A stretch of DNA of 64,000 bases, taken from the IMG/VR virus record IMGVR_UViG_3300045740_000123, positions 1 through 64,000 of that record, one strand, 5' to 3'. Of the stretch, positions 9,802 through 19,247 are shown in pieces (positions within the stretch are counted from its first letter, which is position 1; each line of letters begins with the position of its first letter). Origin of the DNA: a virus. The position numbers were made by a program, and so were the translations under genes. The notes under the pieces are model-generated. The model did not search any database, was not told the origin of the DNA, and saw only the letters and a list, made by a program, of their open reading frames with translations.

Positions 9802-10638
9802 TCAACGAGAATTGGCGCGAGCTAAAAGAGTTTCAAACAATTCGGCGCGTCGCTTGGCTGCAGGAGTCTCAAAATAATCTCCAGCTAACGATAATCCATC
9901 AATCGGTTGGAGCGCACCAGCCTGAGCATAAGATGCCTCCAGGGGATTGGTTGGAGGAGGCGCAACTGCAGGCTGAGCTTGGCCACTCAAGAACCGATTA
10001 AACATTTGTGCCTGAACCTGATTCTGAGGCGTACCAAAATCAGAGGCATCTAATGGGGTTCCTACAGGCTGTAAATCAGAAGCACCTGCGTAAGTTGGAA
10101 TGGACTGGCCAGCTCCTTCGCTTAGAAGAGAGTCAGGTGCAAAAGGTAAATCAGTCACAGGACCCATGGTTCCAGCACCAAGCTGACGTTGGATTGCATC
10201 GTATCCAGATTGACCTGGCTTAACTTTCGCAGCAAGTCCACCATGCTTGGCGGCCCACATTTGCATCCCAATATCTTCTGCGGATTGCACTTGCTCTGGG
10301 GTCGCTCCTTGTGCAGCAGCAATCTTACGAGCTGCTTCGTAGCGCTGTAGGTCTGGATTCTGTGCAGCCATCTGAGCAACACGAGATTTCTCTGCTGCGT
10401 ATGCACGTTCAGCAGGAGAAGCCAGTACAGCTGAAGTAGTTGTTTCAGAACCAGCTGGAATAGTCCTGGTAACAGGCTGAGTATATGGTTCTTTCTGACC
10501 AGGCCACTGATAAACGGATGCCGCCGGAGCACCTGCAGCTAGCATTTCAATAACACTTTTATCAGCAGGTTTCTGCCGTTGAAACACAGAAGAAACGGGC
10601 TGAGCAGCTTTAATAGCTTTAAAGATATCAATGGCCAT
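9802..10638 (-). CDS. hypothetical virion-associated protein
   Basis: 278-aa Ala/Gln/Pro-rich ORF. Confidence 0.55.
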   Translation of the reverse strand: MAIDIFKAIKAAQPVSSVFQRQKPADKSVIEMLAAGAPAASVYQWPGQKEPYTQPVTRTIPAGSETTTSAVLASPAERAYAAEKSRVAQMAAQNPDLQRYEAARKIAAAQGATPEQVQSAEDIGMQMWAAKHGGLAAKVKPGQSGYDAIQRQLGAGTMGPVTDLPFAPDSLLSEGAGQSIPTYAGASDLQPVGTPLDASDFGTPQNQVQAQMFNRFLSGQAQPAVAPPPTNPLEASYAQAGALQPIDGLSLAGDYFETPAAKRRAELFETLLARANSR

Positions 10639-10640
10639 GA

Positions 10641-11102
10641 TTAACGCCAGGTGTTGTGAAGATAAATACGAGAACCCACTGCAGTGTCAGCAGGGCCAGG
10701 TAAAGCTTGAATGAATTCCGCACCTGAGCGTTCATAACGGTATCGGGCTTGGAATGGATCCTTGTAGTTAGGTACGTATAAGATGCCAGCGAGACGATTG
10801 GTTTCGTAGAGATAAATCTCATCCCAAACCTTCAATGCCTCTTTGGCATTACTTGACCTAATTGTACGGTCAACATCACCAGCGATGTTTTCCAGTCGTG
10901 TTGCCGGAGCAGTCGCGACTTCTGTACGTTTCTCTGCCGTGTCACAACGACCGAGCTGAATAACAACTTTATCGTAAAAGTAAGAGTCAGGAACTGTATT
11001 CATCGCCTCTTCCAGGCGAGCGTAATCACCCGCAGGGACAGAGACAGTGAAATAACCCAGGTGATACCTGACGCGACTTTTATCGAAATCGCTTAGCTTC
11101 AC
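10641..11102 (-). CDS. putative head completion/adaptor protein
   Basis: 153-aa helical ORF downstream of capsid genes; function inferred from position only. Confidence 0.4.
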   Translation of the reverse strand: MKLSDFDKSRVRYHLGYFTVSVPAGDYARLEEAMNTVPDSYFYDKVVIQLGRCDTAEKRTEVATAPATRLENIAGDVDRTIRSSNAKEALKVWDEIYLYETNRLAGILYVPNYKDPFQARYRYERSGAEFIQALPGPADTAVGSRIYLHNTWR

Positions 11103-11141
11103 TTCTACTTGTCGTTATTGTTTAATTATAAAGTAAGGAAC

Positions 11142-11810
11142 CTATGCTTCAAAAGGCAGTGGACTTGAGATATAAGACTGCAAGAACATTTTGGCCGGAC
11201 TCTCAGCTGGAGAAAGTAATTCACCAAGCATGTTTTCCGTCATGCTTTCTTCAAAAGTTTTTGGTTTCTTGATGCTGGACTGTAATAAGCTCAACAAACC
11301 GAGGGTCAATAAATCTTCTTCACCTTCTTCTTTAGTTACCGGAAGTTGTGTAGAGGGAAGATCAGAAGACTCACCAAGCGTCTTCATATGACCCAAGCCA
11401 ATTTCATATTTATTGTCACCGGTCATAAACGTGGCCAGGTTTCCATAACCACCTTGATTAGGTTTAGGAATATATTTGCCACCACCTTCATAATAAATTG
11501 GAGTACCTTCTGGAAGAGCCCAATCTTCCCCCCGGTGGAAAGTACTAGCCCCTGCCGTTGGAGCAGAACGAGGACCAAATTTAGAAGTTAAGGTGATACC
11601 GGCAGCAGGGTTTAAAACGAATTTCCCTTGCGCATCTTTAATAAGGGCGGGAATTCTTTTTTCACCTATACGCAAACCGGATAAAGGAGTACGGATGGTT
11701 GCTGGGTCTAAATACTTACCCGTGGCAAGTTCCTTGACATAGACATGCTTATGTGGCCCGGTAGACGTACCAGTGGAACCAACCTGCCCTAAGTATTGAA
11801 TACCCGCCAT
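11142..11810 (-). CDS. M23 peptidase-like protein, apparently circularly permuted
   Basis: LGQVGSTGTSTGPHKH at N-terminus, followed by SKFGPR..HRGED, GGYGN and GHM motifs. Confidence 0.7.
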   Translation of the reverse strand: MAGIQYLGQVGSTGTSTGPHKHVYVKELATGKYLDPATIRTPLSGLRIGEKRIPALIKDAQGKFVLNPAAGITLTSKFGPRSAPTAGASTFHRGEDWALPEGTPIYYEGGGKYIPKPNQGGYGNLATFMTGDNKYEIGLGHMKTLGESSDLPSTQLPVTKEEGEEDLLTLGLLSLLQSSIKKPKTFEESMTENMLGELLSPAESPAKMFLQSYISSPLPFEA

Positions 11811-11837
11811 TATTCTTTTATTTTTAATTTTAAGACT

Positions 11838-11864
11838 AAAAAACCCCTGGTTTCCCAGGGGAAA
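11838..11864 (-). terminator. rho-independent terminator
   Basis: CCCCTGG-GAAA-CCAGGGG followed by T-run on minus strand. Confidence 0.75.
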
Positions 11865-11876
11865 TAAAGGTGCTTA

Positions 11877-12302
11877 TCAGACTCTGATTAAATCAGCAGA
11901 CAAGACGGCTTCCCAATCGACACGTTTAATTTGTCTGAGCTGTTCCAGGCTATTAAACTTTTCACCCGATAAAGACATCTGCAAATCTTTGATTTCACGA
12001 GCTGTCTTTAAGCCAATACCCTTAATATGATCAGCGATCATCTGAGGGGTTGCTGTATTGATGTTTAAACGCGTTTCTGGAGGAAAAGAACGAGGCTCTT
12101 CCTGTGCCGCCTTATCTTTGATTTGAAGCGTTTTAACCTTTTTGGTTGCCGCTTCATCTGGGAGTAATTCAGTCTTGTAAGCGGTGTAAAGGCGACCGTC
12201 CTGGTCTTCGACCATGAACCAATCGCCGTTATCCCATTCACTTACAACCTTGACACGGGCACCCGTTTTTTTGTGCTGGTAAAGCATAAAGACCAGAAAC
12301 AA
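11877..12302 (-). CDS. helix-hairpin-helix (ComEA-like) protein; start probably ~12287
   Basis: LNINTAT......IKGIG.KTAREI.......KFNSLEQL.QI. Confidence 0.75.
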   Translation of the reverse strand: MFLVFMLYQHKKTGARVKVVSEWDNGDWFMVEDQDGRLYTAYKTELLPDEAATKKVKTLQIKDKAAQEEPRSFPPETRLNINTATPQMIADHIKGIGLKTAREIKDLQMSLSGEKFNSLEQLRQIKRVDWEAVLSADLIRV

Positions 12303-12325
12303 TTTCTGGTCTTAGTTTAACTTAC

Positions 12326-13132
12326 TCAGCTGACGACGCGGTTGTTCAGATATGCATCGATATCTTCGTAACCAGGTGCGTCATCAGGTTGGATGTAGCA
12401 CACTTCAACCACGATGTAACCCTTGAGGCCTGCGCTCTGATCAGCGCTGGCGAGGTACACACCACCAGACACGCCGGTAGCGGTGTTGGTACCACGGGCG
12501 AACACCTTGAAGGTGGTAGCGCCGGTGATCTCCTTATACAGACCGGAAGGACCAACGCCGGTGGCGCCAGTGGCGGTCAGGAAAGGAGTGGTGCTCAGGG
12601 CCTGGGAACCAGCAGCGAAGAAGATCTTCGTAGCAGCGTCACCAGAGACGGTGGAGGTGAGGTTGGCCTGTGCGATAGGCTCGCCCACACCGGTCACGGC
12701 CACAGGGCCACTGTCGTTGCGGCAGAAGGTCACCACGTTGCCGGTAGCAGCGTAGATACCAGTAGCAGCACGGTTGTCACCCCAGCCAGAAGCCACAGAC
12801 ATCGCAGCGCGATAGATGTAAGCAGGCTGAGTGGCGCTACCAGAGATCACCATGCCGGTGATGTCGGGGCGGGTGTCGTCCTGGCGGTAAGGCGAAGGAA
12901 CGATCACGTCCATGGTTTGGCCATAGGTGGCGGCATCACCGGAAGCCCAGGTGATGGGCACATAACCACGCTGCTGGAAATAACGCCAGCCAGGAACGGC
13001 CAACACAGAAGTGGGGCCAGCCTTGGAAGCATTGTTGGTACCGTCATCGTTGGTATCGATGTTCTTGTACCAGCCGTTCAGAGCATTAGTCCAGTTACCT
13101 GGATAGATCTTTTTAGACGAAAGATAGGACAT
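12326..13132 (-). CDS. abundant virion protein (decoration or tail-tube-like)
   Basis: Directly after MCP, same high-expression codon bias, GGAG RBS. Confidence 0.55.
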   Translation of the reverse strand: MSYLSSKKIYPGNWTNALNGWYKNIDTNDDGTNNASKAGPTSVLAVPGWRYFQQRGYVPITWASGDAATYGQTMDVIVPSPYRQDDTRPDITGMVISGSATQPAYIYRAAMSVASGWGDNRAATGIYAATGNVVTFCRNDSGPVAVTGVGEPIAQANLTSTVSGDAATKIFFAAGSQALSTTPFLTATGATGVGPSGLYKEITGATTFKVFARGTNTATGVSGGVYLASADQSAGLKGYIVVEVCYIQPDDAPGYEDIDAYLNNRVVS

Positions 13133-13167
13133 TTATTTCTCCGTTTTATTTACAGATGATTTAATTA

Positions 13168-14325
13168 TCAGATGCTGCCGTCATCAGACACGAAGCTGTA
13201 AGCAGTGGTCACGAAGTCCTTGTTCAGGATCTCGAAGCCGGCGTACAGTTGCCAGATCAGGATGATGAAGCGGCTGAAGTCGTCGTTGTTGTTGATGAGC
13301 ACCTGGGCGTTAGGACCACCGATACCCACACCGATCGACTGAGGACCGAAGAAGTAACCTTGGGCAACTTCTTGGTTGGAGAAGGTGTTTGCACCGTCGC
13401 TGGCGAAGGTAGCAGACACAGTCTTGCTTGGGAAGTTGGTCGACTCGAAGAACTTCACGCCTTCGAACTGAACACCAGTCGGCATCACAGGCTCACCAGC
13501 CAGGAAGTAGCCCTGACCAGCTTGGGGACCCATGTAGAAGCTGGAGTTGTTAGGCATCATGGGGTTACCCATGTACATGCCTTGACCAGGATTGCCGCTG
13601 TAACGAGCGATCTCACGGAAGTCAGGATCACGACGCAGGTGCATCATGAAGGTGGGATCGCAGATGCAACGATACAGACCATCAGCGAAGGTAGGAACGT
13701 TGCGCTTACGCAGGTCCTTAACAACGGTCAGCAGGTCGGTACGCACCTGGAACTGCTGCACATCAGCGGTGTACTCAGCAGCGGTGTAGGAGATGGAGCC
13801 GTTAGCAGCTTTGTTCTTACCACCGGGGAAGTAGTAACCACCCTGGGTGCTGGAGGCTTCACCATTGGCTTCGGCTTTGGCGAGTTCATCAATGAACACG
13901 CGGTCACGCCAACGGCGGTAGTCGTCCAGCAGGGTCAGGCTACCGATGGACTGGTGGAACATGTTGAGGTTCCCGGTGTCCAGCAGCAGACGCTGAGCAG
14001 TGATCAGAGTCTCGCGAGCAATCTTGAAGGTGCTGGGCTGGGTCGGATCACCCGGGTCTGCAGGACCGGTGTATTCCTTAAGCACCACCAGGACTTTCTC
14101 CTTGGTGATGTTACGGCTGTTAGCGGTACCGATGGTCTGATCGGCAATACGCTCACGGCTGTCCTTCGTACCAGGGGTACCCCAGAACTTGTAGCGGTCT
14201 AACTGAACAGTCTGACCAGGCTGGCGAGTGAAGTCATGAACGACCACAGGCTCGACGGCCATTTCTGCGATATACGCAGGGTGGGGACGGTAAAGTTCCG
14301 CACCCAAGATTTTTGGAAAATCGTT
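13168..14325 (-). CDS. major capsid protein, exon 2
   Basis: Strongest codon bias, follows portal and scaffold; DFTRQPGQTVQL and DDFSRF..LIW..YAGF resemble phage MCP termini; begins NDFPKILGAEL with no ATG, in-frame stop just upstream. Confidence 0.8.
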   Translation of the reverse strand, partial: NDFPKILGAELYRPHPAYIAEMAVEPVVVHDFTRQPGQTVQLDRYKFWGTPGTKDSRERIADQTIGTANSRNITKEKVLVVLKEYTGPADPGDPTQPSTFKIARETLITAQRLLLDTGNLNMFHQSIGSLTLLDDYRRWRDRVFIDELAKAEANGEASSTQGGYYFPGGKNKAANGSISYTAAEYTADVQQFQVRTDLLTVVKDLRKRNVPTFADGLYRCICDPTFMMHLRRDPDFREIARYSGNPGQGMYMGNPMMPNNSSFYMGPQAGQGYFLAGEPVMPTGVQFEGVKFFESTNFPSKTVSATFASDGANTFSNQEVAQGYFFGPQSIGVGIGGPNAQVLINNNDDFSRFIILIWQLYAGFEILNKDFVTTAYSFVSDDGSI

Positions 14326-15149
14326 CTCCTGGTCTCTAGTTTCTTAGAGGGGTGGACTATCTCTTCATCCCTGAGGGATGCCGGACGCTAAATCTGGTAT
14401 TACGTAACAAGAACGTGTTACCCCCAGTAGTCTCTGCACCTTCCAATCACGCTTGATTGGCTTGGCTCAGGATTACCCTCGTCTTTACGTTAGGGCTTCC
14501 CTGAATTCATCCGGTTTGCACTCATCGATTGCTCGGTGAGGTGACAACGTTGAGCGTTCAGTTGAGGCATGTTAAGCTTTGGAAACTTGTTTATAAACAA
14601 TATGAATCCAAAACTTGTTCCTGGATTTGGTAATCTTTACTTAACGGAAGAAGGAAAGGCTTTCGAAAAACAGCTTGATCCCGACAATCAAGAATATTTT
14701 CGAGAGATTCCCATCAGATCAACCAGTGTTTATGACCGTATTTCAGTTCTTGTAGATGGAAAACGAAAAAGATTTCATCTTCACGTCTTGATGGCGGTTG
14801 CCTTTTTAGGATTAGATCTGCGTTCTCATGGAACCAGTAACTTTTCCTTACAGGTTGATCACAAAGATAACAACAAGAAAAACAATCGAGTTGAAAATCT
14901 AGAGATCGTTACCAAACAAGAGAATTTAACAAGAGCTTGGAAAAACGGTTGTTACGAAAACAATGGTTTTGCCAGTAAAGGGAAACCGAAAAAATCTTTG
15001 AGAAAGTTTTCTTCGGTCGATGTGGAGCAGATTAAGGCTTTAAAAGAAGCTGGTCTCTCTTATAGAAAGATTGCTGAAAAGTTTAACTGCAACCACGGAG
15101 CTATTTACCAAATCCTAAAAGGATATACCTACCAGGATCTGAACTAGCT
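14326..15149 (-). mobile_element. group I intron in major capsid gene
   Basis: P GAATTCAGGGAA, Q GGTAATCCTGAGCC, R GGTGCAGAGACTA, S GAAGAGATAGTCC in order; 5' splice after U, terminal G; IGS CGTTGTCA (14542-14549) pairs the junction TGAT|AACG with G.U at the splice site. Confidence 0.92.
14602..15147 (+). CDS. intron-encoded HNH homing endonuclease, antisense to intron (alternative start 14569)
   Basis: LHVLMAVAFLG...QVDHKDNNKKNNRVENLEIVT..EN plus C-terminal HTH. Confidence 0.9.
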   Translation: MNPKLVPGFGNLYLTEEGKAFEKQLDPDNQEYFREIPIRSTSVYDRISVLVDGKRKRFHLHVLMAVAFLGLDLRSHGTSNFSLQVDHKDNNKKNNRVENLEIVTKQENLTRAWKNGCYENNGFASKGKPKKSLRKFSSVDVEQIKALKEAGLSYRKIAEKFNCNHGAIYQILKGYTYQDLN

Positions 15150-15161
15150 ATCAATGAACAC
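15150..15161 (-). CDS. major capsid protein, exon 1 (MFID)
   Basis: GGAGG RBS then GTG TTC ATT GAT; joins exon 2 in frame. Confidence 0.85.
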
Positions 15162-15259
15162 TTTGGTTTATCCTCCAGTGTCAGTGTTTTTATCGGGTGA
15201 AAGATAAAGACACACGTGTCTTATCTAACAAAAATTTTAGCAGGTAGTTAACTTAAAAG

Positions 15260-15778
15260 TCACATGTACTGCATAGTTGGCACGCCCATACGAGCCATCT
15301 CGGTATTATTCGAGCTGTAGCTCTCAGGATCGATACCAGCCTGGAACCCTGGGATACCGATGGCACCAGCCAGACTTCCGGCGGCTAAACCACCGAGACC
15401 AGCGGCGCCTGCTGCAAGGGGAACACCAGCGATGGCTGCAGTCTCCCTGCTGACACCACGGTTGATTACATCAGCAATCGGACCCATGGCACCACGTACT
15501 GCAGCAGCGCGTTTGCTACCAGCAGGAACGTTTTGGCCAATGGCACCAAGACCTTCGATGGCCTGAGAAGCAAGTGCAGCACGGGCTGCGCCTGCATGTT
15601 TACCAGCAAGGCGTGCGGCACCAAGAGCACCACGAGCACCAAGGCCTGCAGCGACACCACCAAGCAGAGCACTACCTGGATCTTCGCCCTGTGCGGCAAG
15701 AGCCCCGCCAGCTACCAGACCGGCAGCGGCGGGGACTCCATATGCGAGCAGAGGACGGGTTTGTCCTAACGGTCGCAT
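15260..15778 (-). CDS. Gly/Ala-rich putative virion/membrane protein
   Basis: ORF 15260..15847; internal ATG (MRPLGQ) just after scaffold stop is the likelier start. Confidence 0.55.
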   Translation of the reverse strand: MRPLGQTRPLLAYGVPAAAGLVAGGALAAQGEDPGSALLGGVAAGLGARGALGAARLAGKHAGAARAALASQAIEGLGAIGQNVPAGSKRAAAVRGAMGPIADVINRGVSRETAAIAGVPLAAGAAGLGGLAAGSLAGAIGIPGFQAGIDPESYSSNNTEMARMGVPTMQYM

Positions 15779-15783
15779 GTGCC

Positions 15784-16707
15784 TCACTCCATCACGAAGA
15801 GTTTGTTGGACACAACGTTGGGCTGAGCCTGGTTCAGAACGCGCCATGCATTCTGGGGATCACGCGCCATGATGTCGTTGAAGGTGCCCCAGAAGTTTTG
15901 AGGCTGCTGAGGAGCTGCGGCAGCAGGGGGAGCGGGGAACTCACCATAAGCATATGGATCCACTTCTTCAGTGGGATAACCATACTGCTCAAGATCTGCT
16001 TCGCCTTCGTGAACAGGGTATGGACCTTCGGGACCAAAGAACCGAAGGGTGTAATCGCTGAGAACATCAGGGTTGGTCAGAATCTCGTTATAAGCAAGAT
16101 TCTCGGTATGAGACTGAACAGCAAATTCAGCGTAACCCTGAAGGGTTTCGGTCATCTCGGTACCCCAAGCCACGGCACTGTCAAGCAGTGCTTCGAGCTG
16201 GAGGGCGTAATTATTTAGAATTGCGGGAGCTTCGCTTCCGAACGCTTCGAGTACTTGCAGGCTTTCCTGACTGATCCCCTCCGAGGAGGTTGGGGAAGAG
16301 CTGGGCGAGTAGGCCTGGTTGGTTGACCAGGTCTGCGGAACCGATTGTTGCGTAGCTTGGCTGCTGCTCAGTCCGTAATTGGCCGGGGTATAGCTCGTCG
16401 GAGCTGACGGTTGAGCCTGGAACGGGGATTGAACTGGAGCGCTCAGCAGGTTCACTACTTTGTTGAACGCCGATTCCCATGGGTTGCTGCTCGGTGCTTC
16501 CGGTTGGGATTGGGGGGCGTACTGAGTAGGGGCTGAGGGTTGGTAAACCGGGGCCGCCTGAGGTGCTGCCACCTGGTAATTCGCCGGGGCTGCTTGGTAC
16601 GAGACCGGGGCTTGGCTCGGCTGGTAAGACGGAGTCACGTAGCTGCTCGGCGCTACTGCCGGAGTCGGGCTCGTCTGTGGGATCGATTGGACGGTAGCGT
16701 CCTGCAT
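15784..16707 (-). CDS. putative capsid scaffolding protein
   Basis: AGGAG RBS; P/Q/S/A-rich N-terminus, helical C-terminus; between portal and MCP. Confidence 0.6.
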   Translation of the reverse strand: MQDATVQSIPQTSPTPAVAPSSYVTPSYQPSQAPVSYQAAPANYQVAAPQAAPVYQPSAPTQYAPQSQPEAPSSNPWESAFNKVVNLLSAPVQSPFQAQPSAPTSYTPANYGLSSSQATQQSVPQTWSTNQAYSPSSSPTSSEGISQESLQVLEAFGSEAPAILNNYALQLEALLDSAVAWGTEMTETLQGYAEFAVQSHTENLAYNEILTNPDVLSDYTLRFFGPEGPYPVHEGEADLEQYGYPTEEVDPYAYGEFPAPPAAAAPQQPQNFWGTFNDIMARDPQNAWRVLNQAQPNVVSNKLFVME

Positions 16708-18457
16708 AACTCATCTCCTTTTGTAATGCTTCTAAGGTTCGATACAGATATGGAGTTAAATCCAACCTGGGATCTGCAGCCATCGGTAAATTCGGCGACT
16801 GCGGGTGAGGGGTCTGCATCAAACCCGCCACCAGGCGAGAGAACTGGGAGAAAGCACCCTGTAGTTCATTCACCATCCTGAACGGGAACCCAGATAGCAT
16901 CTCGGCCCGCTCCTCATCCGTCTTAGACGGGAAGAGGTATTTCAGTGCTTCAATGCTATCAACCCCTAATTCCTGAAGGTTTCTAACAACAATAGAGTTG
17001 TTCAAAACATCTTGCGTGGAATCTTCATAGACGGGACCCGTCCATCTCCACAGCATAGTCAAATCGCCATCAGGAATTAAACCCGTTACGCCAGGCGGCA
17101 CCTGGCGAGCATCAATACATGCGGCCAGGGCGGATTCAACTTGGCTTTCGAATTGAGCTAAGGCTTGTTGATAACCAGTCTTTTCCTCATTCGATGCCGT
17201 TGGAGCTGGTTCCACGGGTTGTTCAATACCCGTTGCAGCAGCAAGGGTTTTACGGAACAGCTGCTCTTCTTGATAAATAATTAACTCAAGACAACGACAG
17301 ATACCGTAGGTATAAACAGCCGTTGCTTTCTTCTTCGATGTTGCAGAAACACGTCCAAACAGGGATTTGTATTCTGTAGCAGTTACACCAGCAGAAATAG
17401 AAAGTTCGTCAACACCGCCAAGTGCAGTACGAATTTCTTCCCTAAAAGAACGTGCAAAATTATTTTGGTCCCCAGTGATTGCATCTGGGACGATATAACC
17501 AACACGATCGTTTGGCTCCAGGTTTGCGATCACACGAGGAACGCGGATCTGACCATCAACACCACGACTGATTGGATCTGCTTTAAACGCTGAGCGACTC
17601 AATGCACCCATCCCTGTAAAGCCAGAGTTGGCCGCAATGGAAGGACGCTGAACGACAGAGTCAGTCCCAGACTCCATCAAGTCTGTCTTGGGACGTGACG
17701 ACAGAAGTGTTGGGTTACCAAAGAACTGAACGTTCTTGCGCATGGTGCGCACCAACTCATCATGAATGATGATGTGATTGGCCAAAGCATCAAATTCGCC
17801 AAAACCTTCCTTGGCAAATCCCTTCGGATTATTGAAGATCTCAACGCAGGGAATAAAACCTAAAGTATTTTTAACTTTCTTGCTCTTGCCTGGGGTCACA
17901 TAAGCAGGAGCGTCAAAAGACATCTCACCTTCTGAGTGAGTTTCCTCGATCTCATCTGCCTTGATCGAAAGCCTGATGTAACGCTTGGCCCCTTGGTCTC
18001 CGGTGTTTGCAGCGCCTGTCAACGAAGCTGCATTAAGACCATCAACCATGCCGGAGCTACGCCGCACCCTGTAGCTGTAGATGATGACGACTTCTTCTAG
18101 TTCACCGTCAACGTTGTAGTAGCTGCGGTACTCATGCTCACGGAAGTAGTAAATTCTGTAATTATCTTTTGTAGGCCTGATGTAAAAGATGCCCTTACCA
18201 TCACACAGAAAATAATCCCAGATGGAATCCAGGCGAATATCAATTTGATTATATTTAACAACACGCTCAACAAAATCTTTGCGTTGAGCACCAAAATTGT
18301 CCTGACCAGGAAAAAACTCAACCCCTTGGCGAATGCCAAAAAGTTTCATCTGAGCAAGGTGGGACGCAACGATACCGGTGTCGACAGTTGTCGAACCGTC
18401 TTTATCCAGGTAGGAATTAATGATTTCCTGGAGCCTTACCTTTGCATCCGTGGCCAT
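16211..18457 (-). CDS. putative portal protein
   Basis: Size and position between terminase and scaffold/MCP; LGFIPCVEIFNNP...GFGEF resembles portal motifs. Confidence 0.7.
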   Translation of the reverse strand: MATDAKVRLQEIINSYLDKDGSTTVDTGIVASHLAQMKLFGIRQGVEFFPGQDNFGAQRKDFVERVVKYNQIDIRLDSIWDYFLCDGKGIFYIRPTKDNYRIYYFREHEYRSYYNVDGELEEVVIIYSYRVRRSSGMVDGLNAASLTGAANTGDQGAKRYIRLSIKADEIEETHSEGEMSFDAPAYVTPGKSKKVKNTLGFIPCVEIFNNPKGFAKEGFGEFDALANHIIIHDELVRTMRKNVQFFGNPTLLSSRPKTDLMESGTDSVVQRPSIAANSGFTGMGALSRSAFKADPISRGVDGQIRVPRVIANLEPNDRVGYIVPDAITGDQNNFARSFREEIRTALGGVDELSISAGVTATEYKSLFGRVSATSKKKATAVYTYGICRCLELIIYQEEQLFRKTLAAATGIEQPVEPAPTASNEEKTGYQQALAQFESQVESALAACIDARQVPPGVTGLIPDGDLTMLWRWTGPVYEDSTQDVLNNSIVVRNLQELGVDSIEALKYLFPSKTDEERAEMLSGFPFRMVNELQGAFSQFSRLVAGLMQTPHPQSPNLPMAADPRLDLTPYLYRTLEALQKEMSYAGRYRPIDPTDEPDSGSSAEQLRDSVLPAEPSPGLVPSSPGELPGGSTSGGPGLPTLSPYSVRPPIPTGSTEQQPMGIGVQQSSEPAERSSSIPVPGSTVSSDELYPGQLRTEQQPSYATIGSADLVNQPGLLAQLFPNLLGGDQSGKPASTRSVRKRSSRNSK

Positions 18458-18605
18458 TAACTATTTTCCTTTTTATTTACTTCAATCTTAGCAGCTTTCT
18501 TCTGTTGTTTCTTGTGCCAAAGCCAACGATCAAAATAAGCAAGCTCAGCAGGCGTAAAAAGCTCTGGATGCTTTAACGCCTCTTTTGCAAGCTTAGTTTT
18601 TTTCA

Positions 18606-19040
18606 TTAGACACCACGGATAACAAGAGGACTGGAGCCGGGGAGTAAAGGATTATTTTGAACGGGTACAGGGCGCCGACGACCATATACGCCTTCAATAG
18701 ACTGCTTGTTTTCACCAGGCAAAACAGGTTGCCCACCAGGGCCTGCACCTGGGATTACAAACTCAGCACCAAAAGGATTACCCGCCACACCGGAGCGCGG
18801 ATCGTGAAGGATAAAACGATCTCTATCTTGTTCTAATTGAAAAGGAGTATAACCAGGCAGCTGTTGATAATCAGATCTTGGCTGTACATTCAACTGGCTT
18901 GGATCAAAGCGAGCAGGTTGTACATTCATGCCACCACCGTAATACGGCATGGGAGCAAGCTCATAAGGTTCGCCACGATAAACCAGATCGTTAAACGCAC
19001 CAGCGTTGCCGAGATATCCGCCGTAAAAACCTTGTGCCAT
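18606..19040 (-). CDS. hypothetical protein
   Basis: 144-aa ORF. Confidence 0.55.
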   Translation of the reverse strand: MAQGFYGGYLGNAGAFNDLVYRGEPYELAPMPYYGGGMNVQPARFDPSQLNVQPRSDYQQLPGYTPFQLEQDRDRFILHDPRSGVAGNPFGAEFVIPGAGPGGQPVLPGENKQSIEGVYGRRRPVPVQNNPLLPGSSPLVIRGV

Positions 19041-19064
19041 GTATCTTTATTAGTTGCTTCTATT

Positions 19065-19247
19065 CTAATCTTCTAAAACTTCATATCCTTCCGGATCATT
19101 AACTTTGGTAAGAACAACGCCTTCACCACGGAGATCCCAATTGAGCAGATCACCTTCTTGCCAGCCCATCTCTTCCATCAGCTCATCGGGAAACGTGATA
19201 ATACAATCACCCGATTCGTCTTCTTCCACCTCGATGATGTAGGTCAT
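19065..19247 (-). CDS. AbrB/MazE-like small DNA-binding protein
   Basis: IITFPDELMEEMGWQEGDLL pattern. Confidence 0.7.
   Translation of the reverse strand: MTYIIEVEEDESGDCIITFPDELMEEMGWQEGDLLNWDLRGEGVVLTKVNDPEGYEVLED

Noticed and set aside
12389-14202. Long plus-strand ORFs (256 and 317 aa) opposite the capsid genes
   Set aside because: Antisense shadows of strongly biased codons; no RBS or protein motifs.
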